From positions 19,952 through 83,951 of the IMG/VR virus record IMGVR_UViG_3300036770_008702: 64,000 nt of DNA; one strand, 5' to 3'. Numbering within the stretch: position 1 is the first letter of the stretch; each line of letters opens with the position of its first letter. Shown piece by piece: positions 13,431 to 23,423 of the stretch. Position numbers and translations under genes: made by a program. The notes under the pieces are model-generated. The model was given only the letters and a program-made list of their open reading frames with translations, was not told where the DNA came from and made no database searches. The stretch is from a virus.

Positions 13431-13700
13431 GGGGCTGAGATGATCCTGGCTGCCTATGGTTTCTTTATAGAGAGTGCAGAATATAAAGGAAACCGCATAT
13501 TATATCGTGTGTTATATGCGTTCCTTGCGTAGTACGCACTCCCGGCATGAAGCACTCAGCATGGTCCGAGGAGATCGGACTTCGGTCGCAACCCGGCAGC
13601 CAAGGCCCAGGCAGCGAAGTCTGCATCGCCTGCTCGGACCGCGGTTGGACCGGTCATCGAGGTTCCGATGGCGACGGCGAGGACGGCCCAGTGCATGGGT

Positions 13701-14774
13701 TCAGGCCGCTTCGGTGCGGTCGGACGCCGCGACGGGGGTCGCGCGGGCGGCGCGGCTGCGGTGGATGCTGCGGACGGTGCCCTGGGGCTTGCCGTTGGCG
13801 GAGAGGAAGGTTCGGCCGATGTATTCGCCCATGACGCCGAGGATCGTCGACTGGATGCCGGTGAGCAGGAGGATGACCGTCATGGTCGAGGCCCAGCCGG
13901 AGGGGCTTTCGCTGCCGAACAGGGCCTCGAAGATGGTGAAGGCGGCGCCGGCCAGGCCGAGGGTTGCCATGGCGATGCCGGCGAGGATGGCTATGCGCAG
14001 GGGGGCGAGCGAGAAAGAGGTGGCGAGGTTCAGCCAGAGGCGGATGAGGCGCTTGACGGTGTAGTTGCTGCGGCCTTCGGCGCGGGGGAGGTGGCGGACC
14101 TCGATGCTGTCGATGCGCTGGGTGACCTCCATGATGAGGCCGTCGATATAGGGGTAGGGGCCGCGGTAGCGGGTGACGCTGCGTACGACGAGGGCGGACA
14201 TGCAGCGGAAGGAGGAGAGGTAGAGGCCCTTCGGCTTGTCGAGCAGCCAGTCGGCGACCTTGTTGGCGAACTGGCTGCCGAGATTGCGCCAGGGGGCGTG
14301 CTTCTTGCTGGCGTAGCGGGTGTAGACGACATCCCAGGTGCCGAGGCGGGCGTGGTCGTAGAGCTTGGTGACTTCCTCGGGCGGGTTCTGCAGGTCGTCG
14401 TCCATGGTGATGACGAAGCGGCCGCGGGCGTGGCGCAGGCCGGTCATGACGGCGTTGTGCTCGCCGTAGTTGCGGGCGTGCTCGATGGCGACGACGGGGA
14501 GCTTGCGGTCGGTGCCGGCGATGGTGGGCGGGTTGGTGGCGAGCGCGCGGCAGACCTCGCCGGAATTGTCGGGGCTGCCGTCGTTGACGAGGATCACCTC
14601 CATGCCGCCCTCGGGACGCAGGGCGGCGAGGGCTGCAACGAGTGTGCCGATGGTCGCCGCGCCGCGATAGACGGGCACGACGACCGATAGGCCGATAAAC
14701 GGGGCGCGAACACGCTCACGAGCGCGGCCTTCGCGACTTAGCGCCTCGGCGGCAGTGAATCCTGCGAGGATCAT
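13701..14774 (-). CDS. Glycosyltransferase family 2 (ArnC/GtrB-like polyprenol-phosphate glycosyltransferase)
   Basis: LSVVVPVY, VILVNDGSPD, RNYGEHNAVMTGL, ITMDDDLQNPPEE, two C-terminal TM helices; start uncertain. Confidence 0.9.
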   Translation of the reverse strand: MILAGFTAAEALSREGRARERVRAPFIGLSVVVPVYRGAATIGTLVAALAALRPEGGMEVILVNDGSPDNSGEVCRALATNPPTIAGTDRKLPVVAIEHARNYGEHNAVMTGLRHARGRFVITMDDDLQNPPEEVTKLYDHARLGTWDVVYTRYASKKHAPWRNLGSQFANKVADWLLDKPKGLYLSSFRCMSALVVRSVTRYRGPYPYIDGLIMEVTQRIDSIEVRHLPRAEGRSNYTVKRLIRLWLNLATSFSLAPLRIAILAGIAMATLGLAGAAFTIFEALFGSESPSGWASTMTVILLLTGIQSTILGVMGEYIGRTFLSANGKPQGTVRSIHRSRAARATPVAASDRTEAA

Positions 14775-15068
14775 AATGCCAGGGTTTCTGGAAACGCGAT
14801 TACACCACTCCTCGAAGCTGAGTTTGGTAATGCGGTGGTTGCGCGAGTATCGACGTGGCTAGACTGAAGTTCTTCTCGAACTGCAAGTACATTATGGCCA
14901 ACATCGGATCTGAATCACTGCGGCATCGCGGATCATCTGGTCGACAGTTGAGTCACCATGTCCAAAGCACGAATCAGGAAGCCAGCGCGCTACAGCCGAC
15001 ACCGGAAACTTGGTTGGATAGAATCGGCAGCCCTTCACCAAAGGGGTCGCAGGTAGTGCGCCCACGAA

Positions 15069-15452
15069 TTAGGTGGCCCCCGGGGCTGAGCAATCCCTGG
15101 ATGAGCCCCGCAGCGTAGGAGGTGACGTCAACCCTAGGGGGCGGACTTCGCTGTCGCGGCGATGTGAAATGCAGATCTGACCCAATCGGGGGAGTCCCCC
15201 GTCGATGACGTTGTCGCATTCTTCGAAGGAACTGTCCTCCACGAGGACCATGCCTATCGGCCGTAAGCCGCAGCGTTCGCAGCACATCCTCTCGACAAAA
15301 CTCCCAACTATCGCTGAGGGAGCAATAGAAGCAAGTCGGGACAAATGCATCTGGACGGTCATCCGGCAGTCCAAACATCGCCCCACTACGCGACAGCTAC
15401 TCAATTCCGCCAAAGGCATGAGGAGCGTCGTAGAGCGGATTTCGGTTAGCAA
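15069..15452 (-). CDS. Hypothetical protein with two CxxC motifs (Zn-ribbon-like)
   Basis: RCLDC...CERCG.RP pattern; start uncertain. Confidence 0.4.
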   Translation of the reverse strand: MLTEIRSTTLLMPLAELSSCRVVGRCLDCRMTVQMHLSRLASIAPSAIVGSFVERMCCERCGLRPIGMVLVEDSSFEECDNVIDGGLPRLGQICISHRRDSEVRPLGLTSPPTLRGSSRDCSAPGAT

Positions 15453-15649
15453 TTCAACCTCGACTGACTGATATCACTTCCCGGCCAGCAACAACTATTT
15501 CGTCACGGACGCGAATTGAGGCGCTCACGATTTACGAGCTACTCCAATATGCTGCATCGCTCCGCGTATTCATAATCGTAAAAAATATCGAATAAACTCA
15601 AAAATTTTGCGATATTGAGATTAATTTCGAGAAGTGATGTATATTTCTT

Positions 15650-15810
15650 TCGCCACATCCAGTTTTGTGGGCACGCGATTGATTTGTATCGCCGCGCCTC
15701 AGGCTGGTGTCGAGGCGAGCGGCGCGAGAAACGAGCGGGGCGGGGTAACGTTTCTTCTCGATCAGTGACCGGGCCTTGTAGCGGATTGAGAAGTCACGCG
15801 CCGCCCCTTT
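15650..15810 (-). pseudogene. Degenerate IS3-family transposase 3' fragment
   Basis: Translates AARDFSIRYKARSLIEKKRYPAPLVSRAARLDT, aligning with AVRAFAARYNAKCLIEKNGYLSPLAARAGRIDT at 63880-63980. Confidence 0.65.
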
Positions 15811-15844
15811 TCGTTCACACCAACACACACTTCGGTACGCGGCC

Positions 15845-16060
15845 TCAGCTTTGTATGGCATCCGCCGATCGAAACAGCGCGTCAACCTGCTCGACGTTCA
15901 GCCCGAGGTCCGCGGCCAACGACATGAGGAACTCGCTGTCCCGGCTCCACTCGGACGCGCCGACCCACGCGTCCTGAACCCGGCTGTCCGATGCCGCGAC
16001 GGCCGCCTCAACGTCATCCAGCAACCCAGCTTCCCGCAGCGCCGCCTTGCCCTTTCAGGC
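15845..16060 (-). pseudogene. Decayed copy of the 3' 72 codons of the tail-accessory gene at 18489-19046
   Basis: Ungapped hand alignment to 18489-18704, about 80% nt identity; TGG->TGA nonsense change at the AWKGK motif; 5' part replaced by an IS5 remnant. Confidence 0.88.
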
Positions 16061-16086
16061 GTGGACGCCTTCATGGCCGGATCTCT

Positions 16087-16224
16087 GCCGCTTGGATGAC
16101 CCGCTTCCGCCGCCTCGTGCGAGACTTCGAGCAACGCATCGACGTCTCGAAGGCCATGATCTACGTGGCCATGGGATGCGTGCTGCTCCGCAGACTCCAT
16201 GAATGAGAGTTTTCAAACGGGCTC
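16087..16224 (+). mobile_element. IS5-family (IS1031-like) right-end remnant
   Basis: C-terminal transposase peptide AWMTRFRRLVRDFEQRIDVSKAMIYVAM followed by terminal-IR-like TTTTCAAACGGGCTC and TGA. Confidence 0.75.
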
Positions 16225-16245
16225 TGAGCAGTTACGATTATTGCA

Positions 16246-16488
16246 TTAATTAGCTAGCTTGTTTGCAGGAATAATTGATCGTATCTGCCTATTCATCTCA
16301 ATCTGCTTTGTGAGATTGGATAATCCATTTACAAAATTTGGCAATTGTGCAACAGGGATGCAGATCATGCCGCATGGTATATTATGACCATCTTTGCCGG
16401 TCATCACGAGCGTGATCCGCGCCACTCCATTCGCAACCTGTGCTTCCGTAACGCCGTCGATGAATATGATGGGGCAGCAATCAGACAT
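16246..16488 (-). CDS. Small hypothetical protein (80 aa), low GC
   Basis: MSDCCPIIFIDGVTEAQVANGVARITLV...; RBS-like GAGGA upstream; protein-like composition. Confidence 0.6.
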   Translation of the reverse strand: MSDCCPIIFIDGVTEAQVANGVARITLVMTGKDGHNIPCGMICIPVAQLPNFVNGLSNLTKQIEMNRQIRSIIPANKLAN

Positions 16489-17401
16489 TAGAATGCCCGA
16501 TCCTCGTTGCAGAAAAAATGTTGGTAACACGCCGCGTTTCGGGAGAATTAAATTCAATAAAAAGGCTTTGTGGTGTCGAGATAAAGCTCGGTTCGTAGTT
16601 TAGTGCGGCACTATCCACGGAGATTACCTTAATTAGAGTGGTGGCCTTATGAAAACCATTTACCGGATCATTCTTTCTGATCGGCGACTGACAAGTGCGT
16701 CCGGGGCGTTCGGATAACGAAGAGAAGGCAGACCTAGTCCATGGCTCTGATCCCTACATCTGGAGCCACGAACATCGGGGTCGAGGTCGCTGAAAACCAA
16801 ATCTTATCATGGAATTTCTTAAATATCATCTGTGCGTATCTTGAATTGGGAAAGTTCAAGATCGCTATCAACAAAAAATTGCGCAAATGCCAAAAAATTT
16901 TTCAGGTTATGGCGATTTTGACATCTCACGATCGAGATGCCGGGTGATGCCGGCTCAATTTTAACAATCGGCGCATCGCCATATGCCTTTTTGACCAAAC
17001 GCAATAGAAGCGCTAAGCTTATTGGCAACTCCACCGACGCTTGCAGCGTGACTGAATCTTGAGACTGCATAGATTGCGGTTTTGACCGGATTCCGAATGA
17101 GGACACTCAAGCGACTATAACCGAGAATCATTCCTGAAAATTCTTTTATAAGTAATTATATAACGTAATTTTAATTGAAACCTCTCTTAAAATCGAAAAT
17201 AATTAAATTATATAAAATTCTACTCATGGCTGCGATGTAGGTGCCCATGCGGCCACTTCAGGTTCCAGGAATGATGGATCGATTGCATTAGCTGCTGCGG
17301 CCCGTGAACGCACCGGCGAGCCTTCGCAGCCCAACCTGATTCAACTCGCAGCGATGACACAGATCGCCCTCAAAACAGCACGCGAAGTTCCCGCGACAAC
17401 C

Positions 17402-17865
17402 TCACGGCCGGATCTCTGCCGCTTGTCGGAACAGCGCCTCTGCCTCCTCGTCGGTCACCTCGAGCAGGCGCATCAGCTCGGTGGCCAGCGAGGAATGGCG
17501 CTCGATGCGGTCGCCATACTCGAACAGCTCGGCGGCCAGGAGCGCCTGCGGCGTGGCAAGCTGGCCCAGCGCGTGCTGCACCAAATCGAACTGCCCGGCG
17601 AGCTTCAGCGCGGCTCGGAACTGCCACAGCGCGACATCGTGCGGCACGGGGGGTGCGGCCGGCGCCGGAGCTGGCTGCTGCTGCCAGGTCTGCCACCACA
17701 GCCCGTCGCGGAAGCAGGGCGGGCCCTCGACCACGACCATCCCCTCCGCGGCGGGCGGGCACGGCATGGGGCGCACGAGCCGGATCCCGGCGGCGATCAG
17801 CGCGTCAGCGTCGATGTGGGCCGGGAGACTGCCGTCCGGTTGGGTCAGGTACTGCGTGGGTGTGC
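17402..17865 (-). pseudogene. Phage tail-accessory protein paralogue, probably lacking its native start
   Basis: Open frame GTPTQYLTQPDGSLPAHIDADALIAAGIRLVRP...VALWQFRAALKLAGQFDLV...EEAEALFRQAAEI. Its C-terminal domain resembles that of 18489-19046. The frame begins straight after a TGA with no ATG. Confidence 0.6.
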
Positions 17866-18075
17866 CTCAGAGGTAGGTGGTGATGCGCGCGTAGCATCGG
17901 CCTTCGCGAGGGCCAAAGAGCGGCCTGCGTACGCCAGACACTCGACGGTCACTCCGAAAAGCCACTCAGTGGCCCCCCTACACGACTACTGGGGACACCA
18001 CCCATCCGCGTCGACAAACTCGACGAAAGCTACCTCAGGCCCGTCAAACTCGCTGCTGCCAAGATCTGGAGCAGA

Positions 18076-18303
18076 TTATGAGTCAGTGCCCCATGGCCTG
18101 CAGAAAATTCTACCACATGGGCCAAAGCCGTGCAGTAAACCCAAGTGTGTTAGGCAATCTTTAAGAATTTCACGATTTACATGACGAATTGCGGTAAAAT
18201 TTCCAGATTTTCTGACAAAAACTACATCTTCGTATTCGTACATCTCAGTTTTATTTTGGTCAATATCGTTGAAATTTACGGGAATTATGGCAGAGTACGT
18301 CAT
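18076..18303 (-). CDS. Small AT-rich hypothetical protein (possible moron)
   Basis: 75-aa ORF with AGGAG RBS upstream of ATG; far lower GC than its flanks. Confidence 0.45.
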   Translation of the reverse strand: MTYSAIIPVNFNDIDQNKTEMYEYEDVVFVRKSGNFTAIRHVNREILKDCLTHLGLLHGFGPCGRIFCRPWGTDS

Positions 18304-18488
18304 CTCGAACTCCTGGTTGGTAACTGTGCACCCGTAGCGACGGCCATGGCGTGAGGCGGTGAGCGCGTTGGGCCTATAGAAAGGAGCTTACACGACCACG
18401 GGTGCCTCAATTCAAGATGGTCGTGAGCCCCGCGATCAACCTCGCCGCAATAGCCTAAACTCGCCCCAATCGGCGTCGCCACACATCC

Positions 18489-19046
18489 TCAGCTCTGTAT
18501 CGCCCCCGCCGATCGAAACAGCGCGTCAACCTGCTCGACATTCAGCCCGAGGCCCGCGGCCAGATCAGACAGAAACGAGCTGTCCCGACTCCACTCCGAT
18601 GCGCCGGCCCAGGCGTCCTGAACACGACCACCTGCAGCCGCGACTGCGACTTCAACGGCATCCAGCAGCCCAGCCTCTCGCAAAGCGGCCTTGCCCTTCC
18701 AGGCCGGGACGACCGGCGGAACGGGCGGCTGGGATGCCGGAGGAAGGGCGACGTCCCACCCGCGGGACGGCGTCGCCGGCACGACCAGGGATACCTGGAA
18801 AGCTTCCTCGGGCTCGCGGCCATGCCAAGCCAGGTTGACGTGATACCGCGGGTCGATGACGTCACCGGCGATCGGCACACCGCCTTCGCCGACCTGCGCA
18901 GGGGCGACGATCGGCCCCACGATATCGACCGCCACACCCTGCGGCAGATCGGGATCCTGGCCCGGCGGACAGGTCCACCCCGCAGCCTGGCACGCCGCGA
19001 GGAATTCCGCCCGGCTGGTGAACCGGTGACAGGTCGTGATCCACAT
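18489..19046 (-). CDS. Phage tail-fibre accessory/hypothetical protein (185 aa)
   Basis: MWITTCHRF... starts 11 nt after the fibre gene stop with a GGAG RBS; last gene of the late operon. Confidence 0.8.
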   Translation of the reverse strand: MWITTCHRFTSRAEFLAACQAAGWTCPPGQDPDLPQGVAVDIVGPIVAPAQVGEGGVPIAGDVIDPRYHVNLAWHGREPEEAFQVSLVVPATPSRGWDVALPPASQPPVPPVVPAWKGKAALREAGLLDAVEVAVAAAGGRVQDAWAGASEWSRDSSFLSDLAAGLGLNVEQVDALFRSAGAIQS

Positions 19047-19057
19047 GGCGTTGGCTC

Positions 19058-20305
19058 CTAGGGCGCCGTCAGCGTCTGCAGCAGGGCGTTGGACAGCCGG
19101 CGAGGGAAGTACTGGAACGCCCGGCAGGTGGCGTTGGCGAGGGAGGATGCCGAGGGCTCCGACCAAGGGGCCGCGCCGATCGCGATGCGGGCCGGGGTCG
19201 CCGGCAGAGGGCAAAGGGCGTGGCTGCTGACGGTGCCACCATCCAGGCAGAACGCTGCGTCGAAGTTGGCCCAGGCCATCGCCATCCGGAAGGTCACCGC
19301 ATTGGCGAAGCTGAACGGCCGGGTCAGCGCCGCATAGCCAGCGCCACCCGCGCGCGTGTTCAGCACCAGCTGTCCGGTGGTGAAGCGTGACAGGTAGAAG
19401 GTGTCGTTGAAGGTCAGGCCGAAGCCGCCATAGACCAGGGCACTGCCACCGGTCTGCGCCGGCACGATCCGGTTCACATACTCGAAGATCATCGTTCCCT
19501 CGCTGGGGTTGAACCAGCGCGTGTCGACGTCGAGGTAGAGGTTGTCGGCCCCGCGGGTGACCGAGGCGGTCGTAGTCGGGATGTAGCTCGTCGGGTTGGT
19601 CAGCGTGGCCTCCGCCTCGAGCTGTGCACCCCAGGCATAGATGCTGTTGGTGCTGGCGGGCGGGGTGTTGTCGGCCGCGGCGGGTCCGATCGACGCGGCG
19701 ATGGCGGTCACCGTGGTGCTGGTGGCCTCGATCGCGCAGCGATACCAGCCGGCGCCGTGCGCCTCGATGGTCTTGGCGCTGTAGAGCAAGGTACCGGCGC
19801 CGGCGGTGTGGGTCCCGACCGCGCCGCTGACCAGGTTGAACCAGACCTGGATGGTATTGCTGCCGTCGCTCAGTTCCAGCACCGCGAAGCCACTGGCGGC
19901 GGCCTTGAGGAACACCACGAAGGCGATGCCGCGCCCGGCGGTGATGGTGACGGCCTGCGTCAGCTTGCCGCCGCTGGCGGCCGCGGTGAGGGTGTCCGCC
20001 GTCGTGGTGCCATCCGGGGCCATGGTGGCATTCGGCGTGACGGTGAGGTTCGCCGCGGACCAGGGCGCGGTGTCCAGTTCCTCGCTGCGCAACAGCAGGT
20101 TGGTGCGCTGGGGCTCGATCAGCAGCCCCTCGCAGACGCCCGTGACCGGGTGGTGCTGCCAACGCCCGGTGTTGGCCGGCACGGCCCGAATGAGGCCTGT
20201 GCGCCCGACATTGCGGGCGGCCCCGGTGCGGGTGAAGCGGGCGCGCGGGTCGATCAACCCGGGGGCCTTGTGGAACTGCCAGTTGATGGCGGGCTCGACG
20301 GACAT
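19058..20305 (-). CDS. Phage fibre/spike protein with carbohydrate-binding/LamG-like domains (putative receptor-binding protein)
   Basis: GLLIEPQRTNLLLRSEE, IYAWGAQLE, PTSYIPTT motifs typical of phage fibre proteins; beta-rich; distal tail position. Confidence 0.8.
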   Translation of the reverse strand: MSVEPAINWQFHKAPGLIDPRARFTRTGAARNVGRTGLIRAVPANTGRWQHHPVTGVCEGLLIEPQRTNLLLRSEELDTAPWSAANLTVTPNATMAPDGTTTADTLTAAASGGKLTQAVTITAGRGIAFVVFLKAAASGFAVLELSDGSNTIQVWFNLVSGAVGTHTAGAGTLLYSAKTIEAHGAGWYRCAIEATSTTVTAIAASIGPAAADNTPPASTNSIYAWGAQLEAEATLTNPTSYIPTTTASVTRGADNLYLDVDTRWFNPSEGTMIFEYVNRIVPAQTGGSALVYGGFGLTFNDTFYLSRFTTGQLVLNTRAGGAGYAALTRPFSFANAVTFRMAMAWANFDAAFCLDGGTVSSHALCPLPATPARIAIGAAPWSEPSASSLANATCRAFQYFPRRLSNALLQTLTAP

Positions 20306-20307
20306 GG

Positions 20308-20889
20308 CTATGCCACCTCGAAGGATGTGCTGCCGGTGCAGACCAGGGTGAGGATCGCGGAGCCGGTGGTCACCGTGATGCCCACCCCGGCGGTGCCGCC
20401 GTTGATGGCGTCGGTGGCGGCGCCGGTGTTCAGGGTCAGGGTGGCGCCGCTGCGGTTGCGCAGCCGGCAGGTCCAGCCGGGCCAAACGTCGATGGCCACC
20501 GGCAGGATCCAGGTGCGGGTGCCGTTGGTGCAGAGCAGCAGCTTGCCGGCGTCGTGCGGGGTGATCTGGTAGGTGGCGTTCTGCGTGTTGGGATAGAGTG
20601 ACAGCGCCATGTCCCAGGGCCGGAAGCCGCCGCTGTCCAGATAGGCCAGGCGCGGCAGGTCCATCGGCTCGTTGCCGACGCCGTTGGCCGGCGTGCCGAG
20701 GGCCAACTGGGTGGCCAGGCTGCCCGAGGCGGCGGTGGCCGATGCCTGGGCCTGACCGGTCAGGTAGGCGACATCCTGCGCAGTGCGGCCGATCGCGTTG
20801 AGCGAGGGGCGGAAATAGATGCGGAACAGCCCGTTGGGGAAGTCGGCGTCGCTGCGGGCGGCGAGATAGGTCCAGTCCTCCTCACTCAT
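20308..20889 (-). CDS. Phage tail-associated hypothetical protein
   Basis: MSEEDWTYL... overlaps the upstream stop; TYQITPHDAGKLLLC fibre-like segment. Confidence 0.72.
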   Translation of the reverse strand: MSEEDWTYLAARSDADFPNGLFRIYFRPSLNAIGRTAQDVAYLTGQAQASATAASGSLATQLALGTPANGVGNEPMDLPRLAYLDSGGFRPWDMALSLYPNTQNATYQITPHDAGKLLLCTNGTRTWILPVAIDVWPGWTCRLRNRSGATLTLNTGAATDAINGGTAGVGITVTTGSAILTLVCTGSTSFEVA

Positions 20890-21749
20890 AGCCATTCCTC
20901 CAGTTCCAGGACGGTCTCGTGCACGTTGTGGAAGGCCTGGGTGATCGGATCGAGCTTGCGGAACCGCACCAGGCAATCGCGCTTGAACCGCCGCGCGGTG
21001 TCATCGGGGCTGGGCACGACCCAGAACGGGGTGTGGGTGCCGAGCAGGCGCTGGGCATCGAGCAGGGCGCCGAACGCCTCGACCCGGGTGATGCCCTTGA
21101 GCGCCAGGCGCAGCACCCGGGCCGGCGGTCGCGTCTCGCTGTAGAGCACGCCGCCGAGCGATGTGGCGCTGACGCTGCGGTCCTCCCAGGCCAGCTGCGC
21201 GCCGGGGGCGAGGTTGCGCTCCGGCGACCAGATCGTGCCCAGGCGCAGGTGGGCGAGCTCGACATAACCATCGGGGTTGGCGGTGTCGTTGATCTCGATG
21301 GCCCAGTAGCGCGCCCGGATGTTCACCAGCGCGTCGTGCATGCCGTGGCTGGGATAGCCCACGATCTCCTCGTCCGAGAGCTGCCCGGTCCAGAAATTGT
21401 CGTCCTCCCATTCGAGGTCCTCGGGGAGGTAGACGGCCGGCCAGACCGGGATCCAACCGGCGCTGTAGAGATCCGTCCCGCCTGGCGTGGCGCCGGCGGT
21501 GATCCGCACCAGGGCATCGCGGGTCAGGTTGTGCCGCGCAACGCCGATCATGCGCACCGGGATGTTGCTGGCGCCGAGATCGACGTTGAACTTGGTCGAG
21601 GCCAGCAGCAGGTTGCTGGACCGCGCGCGCAGGCTGAGGAGCGGTGGATCGAGCAGCAGGTTGGCCAGCGGCGCGCCGGCTTGCCAGGCGCCGCCCGAGA
21701 GCGTTGCCACGGGCGCCTTGCTGTAGAATTGGAACTGGATGTTCGTCAC
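20886..21749 (-). CDS. Phage minor tail (distal tail-like) protein
   Basis: 287 aa, RARYWAIEINDTANPDGYVELAHL; position after the hub gene. Confidence 0.75.
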   Translation of the reverse strand: MTNIQFQFYSKAPVATLSGGAWQAGAPLANLLLDPPLLSLRARSSNLLLASTKFNVDLGASNIPVRMIGVARHNLTRDALVRITAGATPGGTDLYSAGWIPVWPAVYLPEDLEWEDDNFWTGQLSDEEIVGYPSHGMHDALVNIRARYWAIEINDTANPDGYVELAHLRLGTIWSPERNLAPGAQLAWEDRSVSATSLGGVLYSETRPPARVLRLALKGITRVEAFGALLDAQRLLGTHTPFWVVPSPDDTARRFKRDCLVRFRKLDPITQAFHNVHETVLELEEWL

Positions 21750-21842
21750 GACCGTGACGCTCCTGAGCGTTGCGACGCGCGCGGCAGCGGCGTCGCGTGC
21801 GCCGCGAGAGCGCGCGCCGCTGACAGGTTGAGCATGGTGTTC

Positions 21843-23423
21843 CTAGCCCCAGAGATCGAGGGTGAGCTGCGAGCGCGGGCCGCCGGGGGTCTGGGCCCCG
21901 TCGACGTCGATGCCGACGACGCGAAAATCGCGGCCGGCACCGTAACCGAGCCGGCTGGTGACCAGACGCACCGCGCTGCCAAGATCGATCGCGGCTCGCG
22001 CCTGGGTGAGCCAGACGCCGACCTGAGTGAAGTCGCGCCGCAGCTTGTGCAGCGCGAGCACCCGGCTGGCCTCGGTTGCCATGTCCGCGGCCTGCTGCAG
22101 GCAGGTGTCGCGCAGCATCTCGGGGGCGAGGAGATGGGCGGTCTGCACCGCGGTGTCGCTGGCGATGGCCTCGCGCCAGGGTTGCAGCAACTCGGCACGA
22201 CGGGCCTCGGTCAGTGACGGGCCAACGGCGACCAGGTCGTTGGCGCTGGTCTCGGCATAGGGCCGGCCGCGCAACCGGACCCGCCACACCGGGATCCCGG
22301 CATCGGCATCGCGGGTGGCCAGGGTGTCCAAGGCTTCGATCTCGACGTCGGTGAAGGTGAAGGCCGGGCTGCCGGTCGGCGCCAGCAGCTGGCCGACCTG
22401 CCACAGCCCGGTGCGGGTGGGGGCGAGCCAGCCGCCGCAGCCGCTGAGGACCTGGTCGATCGCCTGCTGCCGGGTTACCTCGCCGGTGAGGTGGACGCCG
22501 CACTCGCCCGTGGCGGCGGCGTTGAGGGTGGTGAAGGACCCGGCATCCAGATCCCCGACGGCCACGCCGCAGCGCTGCGTCAGCAGGCGCTGGACGATCT
22601 CGCCGGCCTTGGCGACATAACCGCCGGCGGCATCGCCCTGCGCATCCATGGTGATGCGGCCGACGGCCGACGCGCCGAGGCGGACCAGGCCGAGGGCGAG
22701 GCAGGTGTCGAACTGGCCGGCGGCGACCGTCGCGCCTTCGAGGGCTGCCAGGCTGGCGCGGTTGTTGCCGGAGAAGGTCAGCGCCACGCCCTGGTCGTAG
22801 ACGGCGTCGACGGCCTGGGCCTGGCCGTCATGGAACTGGTAGATCAGCCGGGCGGTGTTCACCAGGATGGGGACCAGCTGGTAGCGCCGCCCGAACAGCA
22901 GCGGTTTGCGGCGTCCCTTGATGTCGTCGGCACTGCCCTCGGCGCCTGCAGGGAGGGCATTGTTGCCAGCGTAGAGATTGGCCTGGAGCGGCAGCGCCAG
23001 CATCTGCAGCTTGTCACGCAGGCGGATGGTCACGGTGCGGGCGCCGACCTCGACCTGCTCGGCGGTGCCGGTCAGGAAGGTAGTGGTGCCGCCGGGATAG
23101 GGCGCGTTTTGCGGCCCCACACGCACCACCACCTCACGCCCGTCGATACCGAGGTCGCGGAGATAGGCAAGGCCCTGGTCCAGGTTGTTGAGCACGATGT
23201 CGCCGACACCGACCGTGCTGCCGCCGCCGAGGCGGGCGGCCGAGAACATGGTGCGCTTGAAGCGGATCGGCTGCTGCAGGCGCGGGGCGAAGTGGACGTT
23301 CGGGGGCACCTCCGTCGGCCGGGTCATGGTGCCGAGGCCGGAGGTGAAGCGCAGCACTCGGGTGCCGGGGATGGCCGGGTCGTAGGCGGTGACCTCGACC
23401 AGAGTGATCAAACCGTCAGGCAT
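21843..23423 (-). CDS. Phage tail hub/baseplate-like minor tail protein
   Basis: 526 aa, coupled to the TMP stop (TGATG); DIKGRRKPLLFG motif. Confidence 0.78.
   Translation of the reverse strand: MPDGLITLVEVTAYDPAIPGTRVLRFTSGLGTMTRPTEVPPNVHFAPRLQQPIRFKRTMFSAARLGGGSTVGVGDIVLNNLDQGLAYLRDLGIDGREVVVRVGPQNAPYPGGTTTFLTGTAEQVEVGARTVTIRLRDKLQMLALPLQANLYAGNNALPAGAEGSADDIKGRRKPLLFGRRYQLVPILVNTARLIYQFHDGQAQAVDAVYDQGVALTFSGNNRASLAALEGATVAAGQFDTCLALGLVRLGASAVGRITMDAQGDAAGGYVAKAGEIVQRLLTQRCGVAVGDLDAGSFTTLNAAATGECGVHLTGEVTRQQAIDQVLSGCGGWLAPTRTGLWQVGQLLAPTGSPAFTFTDVEIEALDTLATRDADAGIPVWRVRLRGRPYAETSANDLVAVGPSLTEARRAELLQPWREAIASDTAVQTAHLLAPEMLRDTCLQQAADMATEASRVLALHKLRRDFTQVGVWLTQARAAIDLGSAVRLVTSRLGYGAGRDFRVVGIDVDGAQTPGGPRSQLTLDLWG

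Noticed and set aside
16819-17106. 95-aa minus-strand ORF as a confident gene
   Set aside because: GTG start, no recognisable motif or clear RBS; left unannotated.
15845-18704. Diversity-generating retroelement (TR/VR pair) in the tail gene
   Set aside because: Mismatches are mostly synonymous third-position changes of all base types, not adenine-specific, and there is no reverse transcriptase in the window.
15845-20305. Invertible tail-fibre shufflon
   Set aside because: All copies are in the same orientation; I saw no flanking inverted crossover sites or adjacent invertase.
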